From Candidatus Omnitrophota bacterium (lineage in GTDB: Bacteria > Omnitrophota > Gorgyraeia > Zapsychrales > Zapsychraceae), in assembly GCA_029261055.1 (NCBI GenBank), contig JAJDCA010000068.1, positions 5,275 through 69,274 on the forward strand: a stretch of DNA of 64,000 nt. The letters are read 5' to 3'. Position numbers and translations under genes: made by a program. The notes under the pieces were generated by a model. It was given only the letters and a program-made list of their open reading frames with translations, was not told where the DNA came from and ran no database searches. Positions within the stretch are counted from its first letter, which is position 1. Each line of letters starts with the position of its first letter. Positions 38,044 through 49,187 of this stretch are shown here, in pieces.

Positions 38044-38098
38044 TTAAACTAGTCTGTTTAACTAGTTTAAGTTTAACACAAAAAAAACTATCTGGCAA
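38044..38098 (-). promoter_or_regulatory. Phd-VapC promoter and operator
   Basis: TTGCCA-17 bp-TAAACT with TG extension, overlapping the inverted repeat TTAAACTAGT-N7-ACTAGTTTAA (38044-38070). Confidence 0.6.
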
Positions 38099-38129
38099 GG
38101 TTCTAAGAAATCCTTACGTATTATCTATT

Positions 38130-38507
38130 TTATTTTTCCCCAACAGGAATTCCTAAAGGTTCAGGGGTTGGTTCCGTTTGGACAGATTTTTCTTCCAAAG
38201 TTTCCGAAACTTCCTGCACAGGGGCTTCCTGGGATGTTGGAACATCGGCTGGAAGGCTGACTTTATTCGACATCAAAGATTCTTCTTTTTTGGATGAAAT
38301 AAAGGCTAGGCTTAGGCAGGTGATAAGAAAAAGGCTAGCAAAAACGGTTGTGGCTTTTACCATAAAATCATTGGTTTTGGCGCCAAGCATGGATTCGGCT
38401 GATGAAAATCCTTCAGTGAGACCGCCCCCGCGGCCGGATTGCATAAGAATGATGACGGCAAGTAATATGCAGACACCAGCATGTAAGATTGTAAAAATAA
38501 TAGTCAT
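38130..38507 (-). CDS. secG: Preprotein translocase subunit SecG
   Basis: Two TM helices, ILMQSGRGGGL; follows tpiA as usual. Confidence 0.92.
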   Translation of the reverse strand: MTIIFTILHAGVCILLAVIILMQSGRGGGLTEGFSSAESMLGAKTNDFMVKATTVFASLFLITCLSLAFISSKKEESLMSNKVSLPADVPTSQEAPVQEVSETLEEKSVQTEPTPEPLGIPVGEK

Positions 38508-38582
38508 AATTTTTCTCCGATATTATACCAAATCTATTAAATAACCCCCTTTTAATGGTCATTATTTAATGGAATGGTATTA

Positions 38583-39350
38583 TTATTTATTTACCGTACA
38601 GCAATTTTTAATAATAGCCGCAAATGCTTCGCTTTTTAGGCTGGCACCTCCGACAAGGGCGCCGTCAATATCCGGCTGGGACATCAACTCAGCTGTATTT
38701 TCAGGTTTGACGCTTCCACCATATTGAATACGCACCGTTTGTGCCATGTCTTCGCTGTGTAGCTTCATTATTTGATCACGAATAAATTTATGTACTTCCT
38801 GGGCTTGCTCCGGTGAAGCCGTTTTTCCGGTACCAATAGCCCAGACAGGTTCATAAGCAATAATCATTTTCTGAACTTCTTCACTTGAAAACCCAGCTAA
38901 AGATTCTGTGCATTGAGTTTGAATAACGTCAAAAGCTTTACCAGCTTCTCTCTCTTCCAGAAGCTCTCCGACACAAACAATAGGCGTTAAATTATGGTTT
39001 AACGCAGCTCTGATGCGCTTATTAACAGTCGCATTGGTTTCACCAAAAAATTGACGCCTTTCGGAATGGCCAATAATAACATACTCAACTCCAAGATCTT
39101 TTAATAATGGTCCGGATACTTCTCCGGTAAAGGCGCCGGCATCTTCCCAATAAATATTTTGAGCGCCAAGCTTAACATTGCTTTCCATGACAACATCCTG
39201 GACGACTGACAGAGCAGTAAACACAGGACAAATCACAACATCCACATCCATGACATCAGAAACTTCGCGCTTTAGTTCCGTTGCAAGATTAGCTGCCTCG
39301 GCAGATGTTTTATTTAATTTCCAATTTCCTGCAATAATAAGTTTTCTCAT
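38583..39350 (-). CDS. tpiA: Triosephosphate isomerase
   Basis: AGNWK, GHSERR, AYEPVWAIGTG and YGGSVK motifs; start set at MRKLII. Confidence 0.97.
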   Translation of the reverse strand: MRKLIIAGNWKLNKTSAEAANLATELKREVSDVMDVDVVICPVFTALSVVQDVVMESNVKLGAQNIYWEDAGAFTGEVSGPLLKDLGVEYVIIGHSERRQFFGETNATVNKRIRAALNHNLTPIVCVGELLEEREAGKAFDVIQTQCTESLAGFSSEEVQKMIIAYEPVWAIGTGKTASPEQAQEVHKFIRDQIMKLHSEDMAQTVRIQYGGSVKPENTAELMSQPDIDGALVGGASLKSEAFAAIIKNCCTVNK

Positions 39351-39364
39351 CTTTTTTATTCCTT

Positions 39365-40558
39365 TCACGATACTTTTTCTTTGTCCGTCAAAGCCGCTAT
39401 TCCCGGTAATTCTTTTCCTTCTAACAGTTCAAGTGAAGCACCGCCACCTGTAGAAATATGTGTCATGGCATCGGCTACACCAAATTTACTTGCGGCAGCT
39501 GCAGAATCTCCGCCACCCACGATAGTGGTCACGCCTTTTAGCCCGGCTAAATGCTGCGCGATGGCTTTGGTACCTTCGGCGTAAGCATCTTTTTCAAAAA
39601 CCCCCAAAGGCCCATTCCAAACGACGGTCTTAGCTTCCGAAAGAATTTTCTTAAACCGCGTTATGGTTTCGGGACCAATATCAAGGCTTTCCCATCCATC
39701 CTCAATATCTTGAACAATTTTGCTATCTTCTGGTTTGTCAAATTCTTGAATCACTAGAAAGTCACTAGTAAGTTCAATGTTCACATTAGCTGCTTTGGCT
39801 TTTTCCAAAAGCGCTTTTGCGATTCCAACCTTATCTTCCTCTAATAAAGATTTTCCAATATTCTTTCCCTGGGCTTTAAGAAATGTGTAGGCCATACCGC
39901 CACCGATAATAATCGTGTCTGCTTTGGAAAGTAAATTTTCAATAAGAAGAATTTTATCAGAAACCTTTGCTCCACCTAAAATCACAACAAACGGTTTTTC
40001 AGGATTGTGAATGGCTCGCCCCAAAAAGGTAATTTCTTTTTCTAAAAGAAATCCGGCCGCAGAAGGTAAATATTTCGTCACACCTTCAGTTGAAGCATGG
40101 GCCCGATGGGCTGTGCCAAAGGCATCATTGACATAAACATCGGCTAATGAAGCTAATTGTTTGGCAAATTCAGGCTCATTTTTGGTCTCTTCTTTGTGAA
40201 AACGCAAATTTTCTAACAAAATAACCCGAGCATCACTTCCTTCTATGGCCGATTGAACCGCCTCACCGATGCACTCATCTAACTGCAAAACGGCTTCGCC
40301 AAGTAATTCTCCAAGCCGCTTTGCGGCGGGAGCAAGACTCATCGCCGCAACAATTTCTCCTTTAGGACGCCCTAAATGACTCATTAAAATAACTTTAGCA
40401 GGACTTTGCTCAAGAATGTACTTAATCGTCGGCAGGGCTGCCTGAATACGCATGTCATCCGTAATATTTTGCTGATCATCCAAAGGGACATTAAAATCAA
40501 CGCGGACAATAACCTTTTTCCCCTTTAAATCAAGATCTTTCACATTTATTTTTTCCAT
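39365..40558 (-). CDS. pgk: Phosphoglycerate kinase
   Basis: [26 protein letters not shown] and STGGGASL motifs. Confidence 0.97.
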   Translation of the reverse strand: MEKINVKDLDLKGKKVIVRVDFNVPLDDQQNITDDMRIQAALPTIKYILEQSPAKVILMSHLGRPKGEIVAAMSLAPAAKRLGELLGEAVLQLDECIGEAVQSAIEGSDARVILLENLRFHKEETKNEPEFAKQLASLADVYVNDAFGTAHRAHASTEGVTKYLPSAAGFLLEKEITFLGRAIHNPEKPFVVILGGAKVSDKILLIENLLSKADTIIIGGGMAYTFLKAQGKNIGKSLLEEDKVGIAKALLEKAKAANVNIELTSDFLVIQEFDKPEDSKIVQDIEDGWESLDIGPETITRFKKILSEAKTVVWNGPLGVFEKDAYAEGTKAIAQHLAGLKGVTTIVGGGDSAAAASKFGVADAMTHISTGGGASLELLEGKELPGIAALTDKEKVS

Positions 40559-40587
40559 ATTATTACTCCTTTAAAAATAATTTGCTT

Positions 40588-40615
40588 ATTATATCCAACA
40601 TTCTTATTTTGTCAA
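40588..40615 (-). promoter_or_regulatory. Consensus sigma70 promoter for pgk-tpiA-secG
   Basis: TTGACA-16 bp-TATAAT, 30 bp upstream of pgk. Confidence 0.7.
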
Positions 40616-40663
40616 CATGATGCCTTTTAAGAGATTACGCAACAATTAATTTTCGCGTAACTC

Positions 40664-42004
40664 CTAATCAGATTCTTTTAAATATATTTTTTGACACGCA
40701 ACAATAAGCCCCATGATTAACCACATAAGTGTGGTCAATTGAATAGCATAAAAATTAGTATCAAAAGCTCCGTGAATTAAAAACGCTAAAAGACCGGTCA
40801 AAGATCCAACAATAACAGAACGTCCAAATTTACTCTTAATTCGATCCAAAAATTTAAACGACATTCCATACAAAGAAATAATTACCCATAAAAAACCACC
40901 TAAACCAACAAGACCTATTTCCGCAATCATTTGCAAATAACAATTATGAACATAGTAGCTGCTCCAGTCTTTTCCATATTGGGGTGCTGTCAAAGAATAT
41001 GTATTAAGCCCTGTCCCCCACACAGGAGAAACACGGATGACCGTCATCGCTTCTTGCCAGAATTTATTCCTTCCGCTGCCCCCCAAACCCTTTAAAATAT
41101 TTCTTACTTTATCCCCCCAAACAATAGGGGTATTTCCTTCTAACTTCGACTGTTCTACATTATCCTGAACAAAAAAAACATCCCTCGACTTCATCATCAT
41201 AGGGGCAAACACCATAAGAAAAATGATGCAAATAGCCAAAGGCAAATACCATTTCTTTTTTTGATAACAAGCCACAAATAATAACGCCGTAAAAAAACCC
41301 AACCATGCCCCACGAGAATAGGTTAACCCCAAACAAATCATAGACAAAAGAAACAATAAAAAACAGCTCATACGTGCTTTCATCGATTTGGCGCCCTCTT
41401 TGACAATATTGAACAAAAGCAATGTCGTAACAATGAGATAAGCGGCAAAATCATTGGAATGCTTAAAAGAAGAGCTAACTCTTCCTGCCATAAGCAAAAA
41501 ACCACGGGTAAACCCACGTCCGTTAAAATACTGGACCAACCCATTGACCGTCACAAGCAGAACAGAAGCAAAAAAAGTAATAAGAAAAGCCTTTAACCTT
41601 TTAGGTGTATCCATACATTCCAAGAACACAAAATAAACCCCCCAGCCTTGAATAAGCTTACAAATAAAAGCCTTCACACTGACTGCTGGGTACTGACTAA
41701 AAAAGAGCACGATAAAATTAATAAAAATATAAATACCCAACGATTTATTTAAAAAATTAGGCTTTGGTTGAAAAATTTTTAAAAATAACTTTCCTCTTTG
41801 ACTTAAGGGAACACCCCCTTGCCCTGAAGCTACGTCTTTTAAATCAAAATTAAAAACAAATAATCTTTTTATAAAAAGGACAAACACAGCTACGCCTATC
41901 CAACTCTCAATAAGAGCGGTTGAAATAGGTAAAAAATAAATCAAAGCACACATGGAAAATACCATGATTTGATCAAAACGTTTTAATATTTTATCTCTAT
42001 TCAT
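40664..42004 (-). CDS. O-antigen ligase / Wzy_C family membrane protein
   Basis: Multi-TM; TYSRGAW, GTGLNTY and HNCYLQMIAEIGLVG; the MPFKIV extension comes from a REP. Confidence 0.85.
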   Translation of the reverse strand: MNRDKILKRFDQIMVFSMCALIYFLPISTALIESWIGVAVFVLFIKRLFVFNFDLKDVASGQGGVPLSQRGKLFLKIFQPKPNFLNKSLGIYIFINFIVLFFSQYPAVSVKAFICKLIQGWGVYFVFLECMDTPKRLKAFLITFFASVLLVTVNGLVQYFNGRGFTRGFLLMAGRVSSSFKHSNDFAAYLIVTTLLLFNIVKEGAKSMKARMSCFLLFLLSMICLGLTYSRGAWLGFFTALLFVACYQKKKWYLPLAICIIFLMVFAPMMMKSRDVFFVQDNVEQSKLEGNTPIVWGDKVRNILKGLGGSGRNKFWQEAMTVIRVSPVWGTGLNTYSLTAPQYGKDWSSYYVHNCYLQMIAEIGLVGLGGFLWVIISLYGMSFKFLDRIKSKFGRSVIVGSLTGLLAFLIHGAFDTNFYAIQLTTLMWLIMGLIVACQKIYLKESD

Positions 42005-42016
42005 AACGATTTTAAA

Positions 42017-43008
<992 letters not shown>

Positions 43009-43044
43009 TTAAATTAACCCTCGCAAAAATGCTCGCGACTTTTT

Positions 43045-43115
43045 GTCTTCAGTCGCCAGCTATCAGACTTCAGTAAAAAATAGACTACTGATGACTGAAG
43101 GTTGATGTCTGATGA
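43045..43115. repeat. Intergenic inverted heptamer repeat array (same family as 1420-1496)
   Basis: tcttcag-tcgccag-ctatcag-acttcag ... ctgatga-ctgaagg-ttgatgt-ctgatga. Confidence 0.72.
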
Positions 43116-43119
43116 ATCC

Positions 43120-44544
43120 TTAATAAGCTCCACTTCCTTTAAAAACAACAGGTATGGTTTGCCAAAGAATGTTGACATCCAACCAAAAGGACCAATTGTT
43201 AATATACCAAGTATCCCATTTAACTAATCTTTTAAACGAAATATCACTACGCCCCCGAATTTGCCATAACCCTGTAATGCCCGGCCGAACCTCGAGCCGC
43301 TTCAATTGTTTAAAATCTTCCCTCTCCACCTGATGCAAAGGTAACGGGCGGGGCCCAACCAGGCTCATGTTTCCAGCCATAACATTCATTATTTGAGGTA
43401 ATTCATCTAGACTGTATTTTCTTAAAAACTTTCCTATTTTTGTAACCCGCGGATCCTTTTTCATTTTAAATATCGGACCATCTACTTCATTTTTATCCTG
43501 CATTTTCTTCAAAGCCTCATCAGCATCTCTCACCATACTTCTAAACTTCAACATATTAAACTTCTTTCCCCCTCGACCATATCGATGAGAAAGATAAAAA
43601 ATAGGACCAGAACTATCTAACTTAATAGAAATCATAAGAAGTAAAAATACCGGAAAAAGTACAACCATTAAAATTGAAGCCGCAATAAAATCAAATATCC
43701 TTTTCCCAATTTGCACCCGAAAAGGAGCCGCATCACAATATTCCAAAATAGGAATAAATCCAATATTATATTTACAAAATTCGCCAGGCATTAATTCAAA
43801 ACCTTGAGGAACCACACGAACAGCAATACCCAATTTCTTGGCCTGCCCAAGTAACTTTAGAAATACACGACTGTCGTGATGGGTTGTAATAAAAACTTTA
43901 TCTATAAATTCCCTACGTACGATACTGGAAAAATCATTAATTTTCCCTAATACACTCAAGCTATTATTTTCCAAAGGCGTATCTTTAAAATCATCCAAAT
44001 AACCAACAACCTTAATACCTAATCCCGGCTTTTTCTTAATTTCGTCAGCCAAGGCTGTGCCAACACGTCCAGCTCCAATAATCAAAGCATTAAAATTGTT
44101 ATACCCTTGCCTGACTAAATAATCGACAAAAAATCTCTTAAAAATTCTCCATATGGAAAAGAATGCGGCTAAAAAAATAGTGACCATCAACAAAATAGAT
44201 CTTGGAAAATCTTCTATCTTAAGAAGATATATGGCAACAATTACAATTAAAGCAGATAAAAGAGTAGACTTAACGACCTGCCATATTTCGATGGTTTCAA
44301 AAATTTCACGTTTGGTTTGATAAAGACCATAGGAATTATTTAAAAAAACTGTTACTAAGGCCCAAAAAAAGAATACTGGTCGGTAAGGATTGACTGTGGT
44401 TAAAAAAAAGTTATGCCATGTCACTTGAAAAGGTAATGTTGACTCTCTGACCCAACAAACAAAAAATAAGGCAAGGCCAAAAAAAACAACATCAATAAAC
44501 ATGTAAAAACATTTGATACAAAGATAACGCGTAAATTTAATCAT
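43120..44544 (-). CDS. Undecaprenyl-phosphate sugar phosphotransferase (WcaJ/CpsE type)
   Basis: KRIFD, KFRSM, DPRVT, LDELPQ, SLVGPRP and PGITGLWQ motifs. Confidence 0.92.
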   Translation of the reverse strand: MIKFTRYLCIKCFYMFIDVVFFGLALFFVCWVRESTLPFQVTWHNFFLTTVNPYRPVFFFWALVTVFLNNSYGLYQTKREIFETIEIWQVVKSTLLSALIVIVAIYLLKIEDFPRSILLMVTIFLAAFFSIWRIFKRFFVDYLVRQGYNNFNALIIGAGRVGTALADEIKKKPGLGIKVVGYLDDFKDTPLENNSLSVLGKINDFSSIVRREFIDKVFITTHHDSRVFLKLLGQAKKLGIAVRVVPQGFELMPGEFCKYNIGFIPILEYCDAAPFRVQIGKRIFDFIAASILMVVLFPVFLLLMISIKLDSSGPIFYLSHRYGRGGKKFNMLKFRSMVRDADEALKKMQDKNEVDGPIFKMKKDPRVTKIGKFLRKYSLDELPQIMNVMAGNMSLVGPRPLPLHQVEREDFKQLKRLEVRPGITGLWQIRGRSDISFKRLVKWDTWYINNWSFWLDVNILWQTIPVVFKGSGAY

Positions 44545-44629
44545 AAAAATAAACTACCTCGGAGCAAGCCTCGGGGAATTAAACCCGCTTTGGAGATTGG
44601 CAGAATAATTTTTTTGGCCAATCTCTTAA

Positions 44630-45439
44630 TTAACTATCGCCTGACGACTGCCGTCTTAATAATAAATCCTTAACCACCCAATACACAAACTGTGTATTAC
44701 CAATAAGATATCTTTTCCACAGGCGCCTGGGTTCACTGCAAAGACGAAAAAACCATTCCAATCCGCTTCGCTGTACCCAGCGTGGCGCTTGCTTTTTTAC
44801 TCCTGCCAAAAAATCAAATGCGGCGCCTACTCCAATCATCACAGGAACATCCAATTTCTCCCGGTGCTGAGACATCCAATAATCCTGCTTGGGAGAACCT
44901 AACCCAACCCATAAAACATCCGGTGCCGCCTGATTAATTTTTTCAAGAACACCTTCATCTTCCCATTCTTTTATTCCACGAAACGGCGGCGCATAACTAC
45001 CAACAATTTGAGAATGAGGATATTGCTCTTTAAGCTTCTTGGACAATAAATTATTTGTCTCTTGTGTCCCCCCATAAAAAAAATGTTTATGCCCTTTATC
45101 TTGACCAAAATCACACATGGCTTGCATAAGATCTGGCCCGTATGTACGGTTAATTGTCTTCTTCCCTTTGAATTTCCCGACCCAGACCAATGGCATACCA
45201 TCCGGCGTCGTCATTCCGGATCCATTAATAATTTCACGGTATTGAGCATCTTTTTGGCAATCAACAAGAGTGGCTACGGGAGCAATACATACATACGTTT
45301 TCCGCCCCTCCTTAATCCAGCCCTCTATCGATAGACACGCCTGCTGAAGATTAGTAACAGCAACCTTGACACCCAGCAAGTCAAAACTCTCAACCACAGA
45401 ACCTATCTCCTCATACCTGATATGCTGCGCCCATTGCAA
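44630..45439 (-). CDS. WecB/TagA/CpsF family glycosyltransferase
   Basis: PDGMPLVW, VGLGSPKQD, GVGAAFDF and GLEWFFRL...EPRRLWKRY; start uncertain. Confidence 0.9.
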   Translation of the reverse strand: MQWAQHIRYEEIGSVVESFDLLGVKVAVTNLQQACLSIEGWIKEGRKTYVCIAPVATLVDCQKDAQYREIINGSGMTTPDGMPLVWVGKFKGKKTINRTYGPDLMQAMCDFGQDKGHKHFFYGGTQETNNLLSKKLKEQYPHSQIVGSYAPPFRGIKEWEDEGVLEKINQAAPDVLWVGLGSPKQDYWMSQHREKLDVPVMIGVGAAFDFLAGVKKQAPRWVQRSGLEWFFRLCSEPRRLWKRYLIGNTQFVYWVVKDLLLRRQSSGDS

Positions 45440-45526
45440 TAAAAATTAAGAAGTTATTCTACTATAAAAAATAAAATTATCCATAAGAATTCCTTTCCGT
45501 AAGCATAAATAAAGTAACCCATCTCC

Positions 45527-46624
45527 TTAACAATTCTTACCAATCTTTCGCCAGGTAAATGTTGAGCTAACGGCATAATTCCATACAAAACCTATAATGG
45601 CCCCTAAAACACCTGCCATCCACCATGGAATATTTGTATTATAAAGAGAGGTTGCAATATAAATATTCGCAACTGCGCCTACACTGCACGCAATATAAAA
45701 CGAGCCTATTCCTCGAAGAAAATGCCATCCTTTTAACTGCAAATCATTAGAAGTAAAAATATTATTCAACAAAAAATTAGCCGTTATAGCCATAATAGCC
45801 GTTAATAATTGCGCTGTTTGAAAATTAAAACCAATATTTTTCAAAAGAAATCCCAACACTCCAATATGAACAACGGCTCCCCCTAATGCAATGAAAACAA
45901 ACATCACAAAATTGACAGGAATAAAACGCCCGATTAATTTATCCGCAATTAAAATAAAATATTCCCACATAACCAGCATATCTAGTTTACTTTCTCCACT
46001 ATGTCGTTTGCGAAAGCTAAAAGGCAGCTCCTTAAAACTAACCTTCCCAGGAGCAGACGCAAAAATATCTGCCAATATCTTAAACCCTCTCCCGTTAAAC
46101 CTATAAACGACTTTCTCAAAAAGACTCCTCTTTAACATAAAAAACCCACTCATTGGATCACTAACTTCTGCCTTTAAGAAAAATTTTGCTAAAAATGTAG
46201 CTAATCGGCTAGCCTTAAAGCGCGCCTTATTTAAACCATCTGCTCCGCCTCCTTCAATATATCTACTGCCAATAACAATACTGACACTTTCTGACTTTAA
46301 AACCTTGAGCATTTTTGGTAATAACGATTCATCATGTTGCAAATCGGCATCCATCACGGCTAAATAAGGAGCTGAACTTGCCAGTATTCCTTCAATACAT
46401 GCAGACGATAACCCACGTCGACCGATCCTTTGCAAACAACGCACACGGCTGTCATGCAAAGCTATTTCCCTAACCAACTTATTTGTTCCATCACGAGAAT
46501 CATCATCAACAAAAATAGCCTCCCAAGAAACGCCGTCCAATACTTGCCCTATTTTCTTAAGAAGAAGACGAATATTATCCCGCTCATTATATGTTGGAAT
46601 AATAACCGATAGTTCTGCCCCCAT
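45527..46624 (-). CDS. GT2 polyprenol-phosphate glycosyltransferase with C-terminal GtrA-like domain
   Basis: IIPTYNE, VDDDSRDGT, MDADLQH and DPMSGFF, plus four C-terminal TM helices. Confidence 0.88.
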   Translation of the reverse strand: MGAELSVIIPTYNERDNIRLLLKKIGQVLDGVSWEAIFVDDDSRDGTNKLVREIALHDSRVRCLQRIGRRGLSSACIEGILASSAPYLAVMDADLQHDESLLPKMLKVLKSESVSIVIGSRYIEGGGADGLNKARFKASRLATFLAKFFLKAEVSDPMSGFFMLKRSLFEKVVYRFNGRGFKILADIFASAPGKVSFKELPFSFRKRHSGESKLDMLVMWEYFILIADKLIGRFIPVNFVMFVFIALGGAVVHIGVLGFLLKNIGFNFQTAQLLTAIMAITANFLLNNIFTSNDLQLKGWHFLRGIGSFYIACSVGAVANIYIATSLYNTNIPWWMAGVLGAIIGFVWNYAVSSTFTWRKIGKNC

Positions 46625-46903
46625 ACCCTTTATATCCTTTCCCTAAAAAAAATTATTTGCATTTTTTAATAACACTGATCCGATGATTTTTCATAATTTA
46701 GCATAATATCTTAAAATAAAAAGTATTTTAATCCATAAGAACGCCTCCATCCTAATAAGGCTTATCTCCAAGTAAATCAAAGTTCTCCATCACGACACCA
46801 CCTAATCTTACTATGTAAAATGATTTACATCACATTGTTCTATTGTTAAAATAATTTTTTATTCTACTACAAAAAAATAAATTATCCATAAATAGGAGCC
46901 CGC

Positions 46904-49183
46904 ATGTTTGCCATCTTCCCTTTATTATGTTTCATTTTTTCCTGGCTTTCCTTTCAAAAAAAACAAGGGACAATTCTCGGATGGCGAGGTTCCTTTCTTT
47001 CAGCTGCACTGATTTGGGGGCTCTTAGTCGTTGTCAGCACAGAAGTTTTAAGCCTGCTTCACGCTATCTCCTTCGCTCCTATCCTTATTTTCTGGATAAT
47101 CGCAGCCAGCATTGCTGCCGCCTGCTTTTTTTTAGATTCAAAAAGTAAACCACTTATAATCACATGGCCTAATCCAAAACTGTCTCTTTTTGAAATTTTG
47201 CTTTTATCCTGCCTAGGTTTGATCATCCTAATAATCGGGCTTATTGCCTTTACGGCCCCGCCAAACACATGGGATTCCATGACTTACCATATGAGCCGCG
47301 TCATGCATTGGATACAAAATCATAGCATTATAAATTATCCCACGCATATCCTGCGTCAGCTTTGGCTAGGACCCTATGCCGAATTTTCTATTCTACATTT
47401 ACACATTTTAAGCGGCAGCGATCGGTTGGCCAACCTGGTCCAATGGTTCAGCATGGTAGGAAGTGTTTGCGGAGTATCCTTCCTCGCTAAACAACTCAAT
47501 GCTAACCGACATGGCCAAATTCTCTCATCTATTGTTGCAGCCACCATCCCCATGGGCATTCTGCAAGCTTCTAGCACGCAAAACGATTACGTGGTAACTT
47601 TTTGGTTGATTTGTTTTACCTGCTTCTTTTTTCTATTCAAGAAACAAACAAAATGGATCTATACCCTCCCCATGGCATTGAGCCTGGGATTGGCACTATT
47701 AACCAAGGGCACAGCTTACATCTACGCTTTCCCATTTATGGTCTGGTGGTTTTTGGCAAACCTAAAGACATGCCGCCGTCAGATATGGAAACCTTTGCTA
47801 ACTGTCTTCCTATGTATTTTCATCCTTAATGGTGGGCAGTATTATCGTAATTTTAATCTCGGGGGGCACATCATTTCGCCTACGAATCTTAGTAAGAATG
47901 TATCTAACAAAACTTTTGGTATCCGTCCTCTGGCCATCAATGTCATCCGTAACGCGGCTATGCATTGTACGACCTCATTTCCTCGACTTAACAAAACAAT
48001 AGAAAAAACGGTCCTTCGTCTGCACGACACCTTAGGCATAGCACCAGACGACCCCAGACTAACCTATGGCGGCAAATTTCTCATCCCCAGGCTCCGAACC
48101 CACGAAGATCATGCAGGCAATCCTGTTCACATAATGTTTATTCTCATTTGTATAATTCTTTTTTGCCTGCGTTATCGCCGAGAATCTTCCAACTTAAAGA
48201 AATATTTCTTTTCTATTTTAGGCTGTTTTCTTTTATTTTGCCTTTATATTAAATGGCAACCCTGGCACAGCCGTTTACATCTACCCATGTTTATTCTCTA
48301 CGCGCCATTCATCGGAATAGTTGTATCTCAAACTTCAAAATTTCAATTAGCAAATATAATAACTATTTTCTTCCTTTTCTCAGCAAAACCTTATTTGCTC
48401 CATAACGCTTCCCGCCCATTATTTTCTGTCCATAACACCATATTTAGTATTTCCAGAACAAATCAATATTTTACAAACCGGCCTGACCTGCAACAATCTT
48501 ATCTTAATACAAGTCAATACATCCAATCCATTGAATGCTCCGATATTGGAATTATGATCGGCACAGATTCCTGGGAATACCCTTTGTGGCCTCTAATCAA
48601 AAAAAATAATACAAAAAACTACCGGTTGGAACATATTGAAGTAAATAACCTCTCGCTAAAGAAAACTGAAAACTACCCTTTAAGTAATTTTCTTCCCTGT
48701 GCTATTGTCAAAGCTGACGGCGACAATACAAAAATACAATTCGATGAGAACACATTCATAAAGACACGAAAATTCCACAATATGAATATTTTCCTAAAGG
48801 ACACATCCGGCCGCCTCGTCAAAGAAAATCTAATCTACCACTTCAACAGAAGTTTTAAACTGACTCAAATGGCAAATGAACTCATGAAAAAGAATAAAAA
48901 CAATGGTTCTTTAGATAAAAAAAATACATTAAGATTAATTCATATCCGACGGGAAGAATTAAACGAAGCTAAAACTGTGGATACTGAAGAGTTAAACAAT
49001 ATTTACCCAAACTTTGGCAACCTCTTTAAAGAACATTTTGTAAAAGGCTTAGAATTACGTCTAGCCGGGCTCGGAACATCTAACCCATCTAAATACAAAC
49101 ACGGGGAAATGCTCATTGCCAAATTCAATCTATGGATGAATCAAAATAAAGTCGGTATTGCACAAGGATTTAAAACATATTAG
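46904..49183 (+). CDS. GT-C fold (ArnT/PMT-like) membrane glycosyltransferase
   Basis: PPNTWDSMTYH, QASSTQNDY and LTKG motifs, many TM helices; the only well-supported plus-strand gene. Confidence 0.75.
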   Translation: MFAIFPLLCFIFSWLSFQKKQGTILGWRGSFLSAALIWGLLVVVSTEVLSLLHAISFAPILIFWIIAASIAAACFFLDSKSKPLIITWPNPKLSLFEILLLSCLGLIILIIGLIAFTAPPNTWDSMTYHMSRVMHWIQNHSIINYPTHILRQLWLGPYAEFSILHLHILSGSDRLANLVQWFSMVGSVCGVSFLAKQLNANRHGQILSSIVAATIPMGILQASSTQNDYVVTFWLICFTCFFFLFKKQTKWIYTLPMALSLGLALLTKGTAYIYAFPFMVWWFLANLKTCRRQIWKPLLTVFLCIFILNGGQYYRNFNLGGHIISPTNLSKNVSNKTFGIRPLAINVIRNAAMHCTTSFPRLNKTIEKTVLRLHDTLGIAPDDPRLTYGGKFLIPRLRTHEDHAGNPVHIMFILICIILFCLRYRRESSNLKKYFFSILGCFLLFCLYIKWQPWHSRLHLPMFILYAPFIGIVVSQTSKFQLANIITIFFLFSAKPYLLHNASRPLFSVHNTIFSISRTNQYFTNRPDLQQSYLNTSQYIQSIECSDIGIMIGTDSWEYPLWPLIKKNNTKNYRLEHIEVNNLSLKKTENYPLSNFLPCAIVKADGDNTKIQFDENTFIKTRKFHNMNIFLKDTSGRLVKENLIYHFNRSFKLTQMANELMKKNKNNGSLDKKNTLRLIHIRREELNEAKTVDTEELNNIYPNFGNLFKEHFVKGLELRLAGLGTSNPSKYKHGEMLIAKFNLWMNQNKVGIAQGFKTY

Positions 49184-49187
49184 ACAT

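Noticed and set aside
40559-40663. Absence of gap upstream of pgk
   Set aside because: pgk has its own consensus promoter; splitting of the gap-pgk-tpi operon is common.
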